Source: a virus. Taken from it: a stretch of DNA of 64,000 nt. The notes under the pieces are model-generated. The model had not been told where the DNA came from, ran no database searches, and saw only the letters and a program-made list of their open reading frames with translations. Numbering within the stretch: the first letter of the stretch is position 1; the number at the start of each line of letters is the position of its first letter. Location: positions 1 to 64,000 of the IMG/VR virus record IMGVR_UViG_3300035148_000415. One strand, given 5' to 3'. Positions 62,225 to 64,000 of this stretch are shown here, in pieces. The position numbers and the translations under genes were made by a program.

Positions 62225-63021
62225 TGGTCGCATCGCAGGCTTGGAGGATCGGAATGCAGGACCTGGTCGAGTTCCGCAAGGCGGAGCAGAAGAAGGATCG
62301 CAGCCATCTCGGTTCGGCGGCGGCCGGTGCTGCCGGCACCGGGGTCGTCGGACTGGCGGCGCTGCCGGGTCCGCGCTCCCCGATGACGAACAGGGGCCGC
62401 GGCGTCCGCAGGGAGCTCGTGCGCTCGGCGCGCTTCGGAGGGCGCAAGAGGCTGAGCACCGCCAAGTTCGCCGAGATCAGCGGAGGGCGCGGGTACAGGC
62501 CGGACAACGACCAGTACACCGCCCGGATGGCCCAGGCGATGAAGAAGGGCAAGATCAAGCAGAACCGCATCATCCTCGACATCTACGACGACAACGTCGT
62601 GCAGCGAGACGGCGCGCACCGCGCCCACGCTGCGGCGATGCTGAACAGGAAGATCAAGGTCCGTGCGATCCGGCACAAGGGCGAGAAGGCTCCGAAGCAC
62701 ATCTCGGGGTTCAACGCGCTGAGGGACGAGTTCGTGCAGGGCGGCCAGAGGGCCAGGCTGAAGCGTCTCGCCCGCAGCGGCGGGCTCACGCAGCAGCAGC
62801 TCGCGCAGCTGGCCGAGCCGAAGGGCTCGAGGCTGTCGCAGCGGATCAAGGAGAAGGTCGCGGCGAAGTCGTCGCACGCCTCCTCCTCCGGGAAGCCGGT
62901 GAAGATCCTCGGCATGAGGAACCCGGTCGGAGCCGCGATCGCCGCCGGAACGGTCGGCGGCGGAGGCGCGCTGGCGGCGGCGCGCCGCAGGAGGGCCGGG
63001 GACGGCAGGACAAGGGGCTGA
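62221..63021 (+). CDS. ParB-like nuclease domain protein with Gly/Ala-zipper ends
   Basis: ATGA overlap; NRIILDIYDDNVVQRDGAHRAHAAAMLNRKIKVRAI (DGxHR ParB/Srx signature). Confidence 0.65.
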   Translation: MMVASQAWRIGMQDLVEFRKAEQKKDRSHLGSAAAGAAGTGVVGLAALPGPRSPMTNRGRGVRRELVRSARFGGRKRLSTAKFAEISGGRGYRPDNDQYTARMAQAMKKGKIKQNRIILDIYDDNVVQRDGAHRAHAAAMLNRKIKVRAIRHKGEKAPKHISGFNALRDEFVQGGQRARLKRLARSGGLTQQQLAQLAEPKGSRLSQRIKEKVAAKSSHASSSGKPVKILGMRNPVGAAIAAGTVGGGGALAAARRRRAGDGRTRG

Positions 63022-63028
63022 GGTCCGC

Positions 63029-64000
63029 GTGATCAGCTTCTCCCGCCCGCCATCGACGGACGACGAGCTGCACGCGGCTGTCAGCACGGTGTTCGGCATC
63101 GACATCCCCAGGGTGCAGGTGTGCGACGACCACGTCGCCCCGTTCACGGCGTTCAAGCACGCCTTCTTCGCCGAGAAGCCGAACGTCGCCCTGTGGTACG
63201 GCGCGCGCGGCACCGGCAAGTCGTACATGCTGGCCCTCCTGGGGCTGGCGAAGACGACGTTCCACATGTGCTCCACGACGATCCTGGGCGGCTCGATCCA
63301 CCAGTCGAACAACGTCTACAACCACATGGCCGCGATGATGCGCAGCCCCAACGCGCCCAACGAGCTGGTGTCGACGTTCACCAAGACCGTGCTGGAGTTC
63401 AACAACCACACCACCGTCGTCCCCCTGTCGGCGTCGCCGACCTCGGTCCGCGGCCCCCACCCGACGCTGCACCTGCTGGACGAGATCGACGAGATGGACT
63501 GGAACATCTACGTGTCCTCCCTCGGCCAGGCGCTGAAGCAGCCGAACGCCCTGGGCGTGGTGATGGACGAGTACGTGGTGAAGTCCTCCACCTGGCAGCG
63601 GGTGGACGGCACCTTCTCCAGGGTGCTGGAGGAGCACCGGGACAAGGGCCTGCCGGTGTTCACCTGGTGCTGGCGGGAGATGCTGAAGCCGCACGGCTGG
63701 ATGGACCACGACTACATCGAGCGCAAGCGCGCCTCGGTCCCCTCCGAGCTGTGGCGCATCGAGTACGAGCTCGGGGAGCCGTCCGGCGAGACCTCGGTGT
63801 TCGACATGCAGCGGCTGTCGGAGGTGTTCTTCGACGTGCCGGAGGACGAGGCGCTGAGCCGCCACAGCCAGCACGACGACCTGTGGGTGTACCAGGCCCC
63901 GAAGAGGTCGGCGTCGTACGCGATGGGCGTCGACCTGGCGAAGACGAAGGACTGGACGGTGGCGCTGGTGGCGCGCACCGACGTCTTCCCGCACGAGATC
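63029..64000 (+). CDS. terL: terminase large subunit, 5' part (runs off window end)
   Basis: Hand-translated; absent from ORF track because no stop in window. Walker A WYGARGTGKS, Walker B TLHLLDEIDE, coupling SST, start of nuclease domain YAMGVDLAKTKDWT; GTG start 8 nt after upstream stop. Confidence 0.85.
   Translation, partial: MISFSRPPSTDDELHAAVSTVFGIDIPRVQVCDDHVAPFTAFKHAFFAEKPNVALWYGARGTGKSYMLALLGLAKTTFHMCSTTILGGSIHQSNNVYNHMAAMMRSPNAPNELVSTFTKTVLEFNNHTTVVPLSASPTSVRGPHPTLHLLDEIDEMDWNIYVSSLGQALKQPNALGVVMDEYVVKSSTWQRVDGTFSRVLEEHRDKGLPVFTWCWREMLKPHGWMDHDYIERKRASVPSELWRIEYELGEPSGETSVFDMQRLSEVFFDVPEDEALSRHSQHDDLWVYQAPKRSASYAMGVDLAKTKDWTVALVARTDVFPHEI

Overview
High-G+C (about two-thirds G+C by eye) dsDNA phage genome segment. 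It most resembles a long-tailed siphovirus of an actinobacterial host; that host call is inference from GC content, frequent GTG/TTG starts and the gene families present. There are about 90 tightly packed CDS, all but one on the + strand, with long runs of ATGA/GTGA/TGATG start-stop overlaps, plus one tRNA-Arg(CCU).

Gene order along the window:
- Endolysin (40-717).
- About 20 small early-type genes, including an Rnl5/DraRnl-type RNA ligase (3211-4242) and a DEDDh exonuclease (6232-6777).
- tRNA (7233-7305).
- Head module: portal at 7355, then two giant proteins (1219 and 1077 aa) flanking a CbbX/SpoVK/EccA-type AAA+ ATPase. These are followed by an XkdF-type prohead protease, scaffold, decoration protein, a lambda-gpE-like major capsid protein and an Ig-like protein.
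- Neck and tail module: major tail protein at 25538, G/G-T chaperones with a CCCTTTG -1 frameshift site, an 1811-aa tape measure with a C-terminal M23 peptidase, and tip proteins up to 36590.
- Replication module (36739-48299): DnaB-like helicase, DnaG-like primase, Pol III alpha/DnaE-like polymerase, a DUF932-like protein and a Cas4/RecB-like nuclease.
- A displaced cluster (48382-51646) with an HTH/small-terminase-like protein and collagen-like/FN3 fibre proteins.
- A regulatory island (about 51.9-57.3 kb). It holds two near-identical consensus sigma-70-type promoters, U-tract terminators, three copies of a multi-hairpin intergenic element showing compensatory base changes, and 21-bp tandem repeats.
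- Two very basic Ala-rich proteins (one of 896 aa with HExxH and GNAT motifs), a RuvC-like resolvase and a ParB-like protein.
- The 5' part of the large terminase, which runs off the window end (63029 onward) and is absent from the ORF track.

No integrase, repressor, CRISPR array, rRNA or transposase was recognised. All functional calls come from motif and synteny recognition by eye; no database search or folding program was available.
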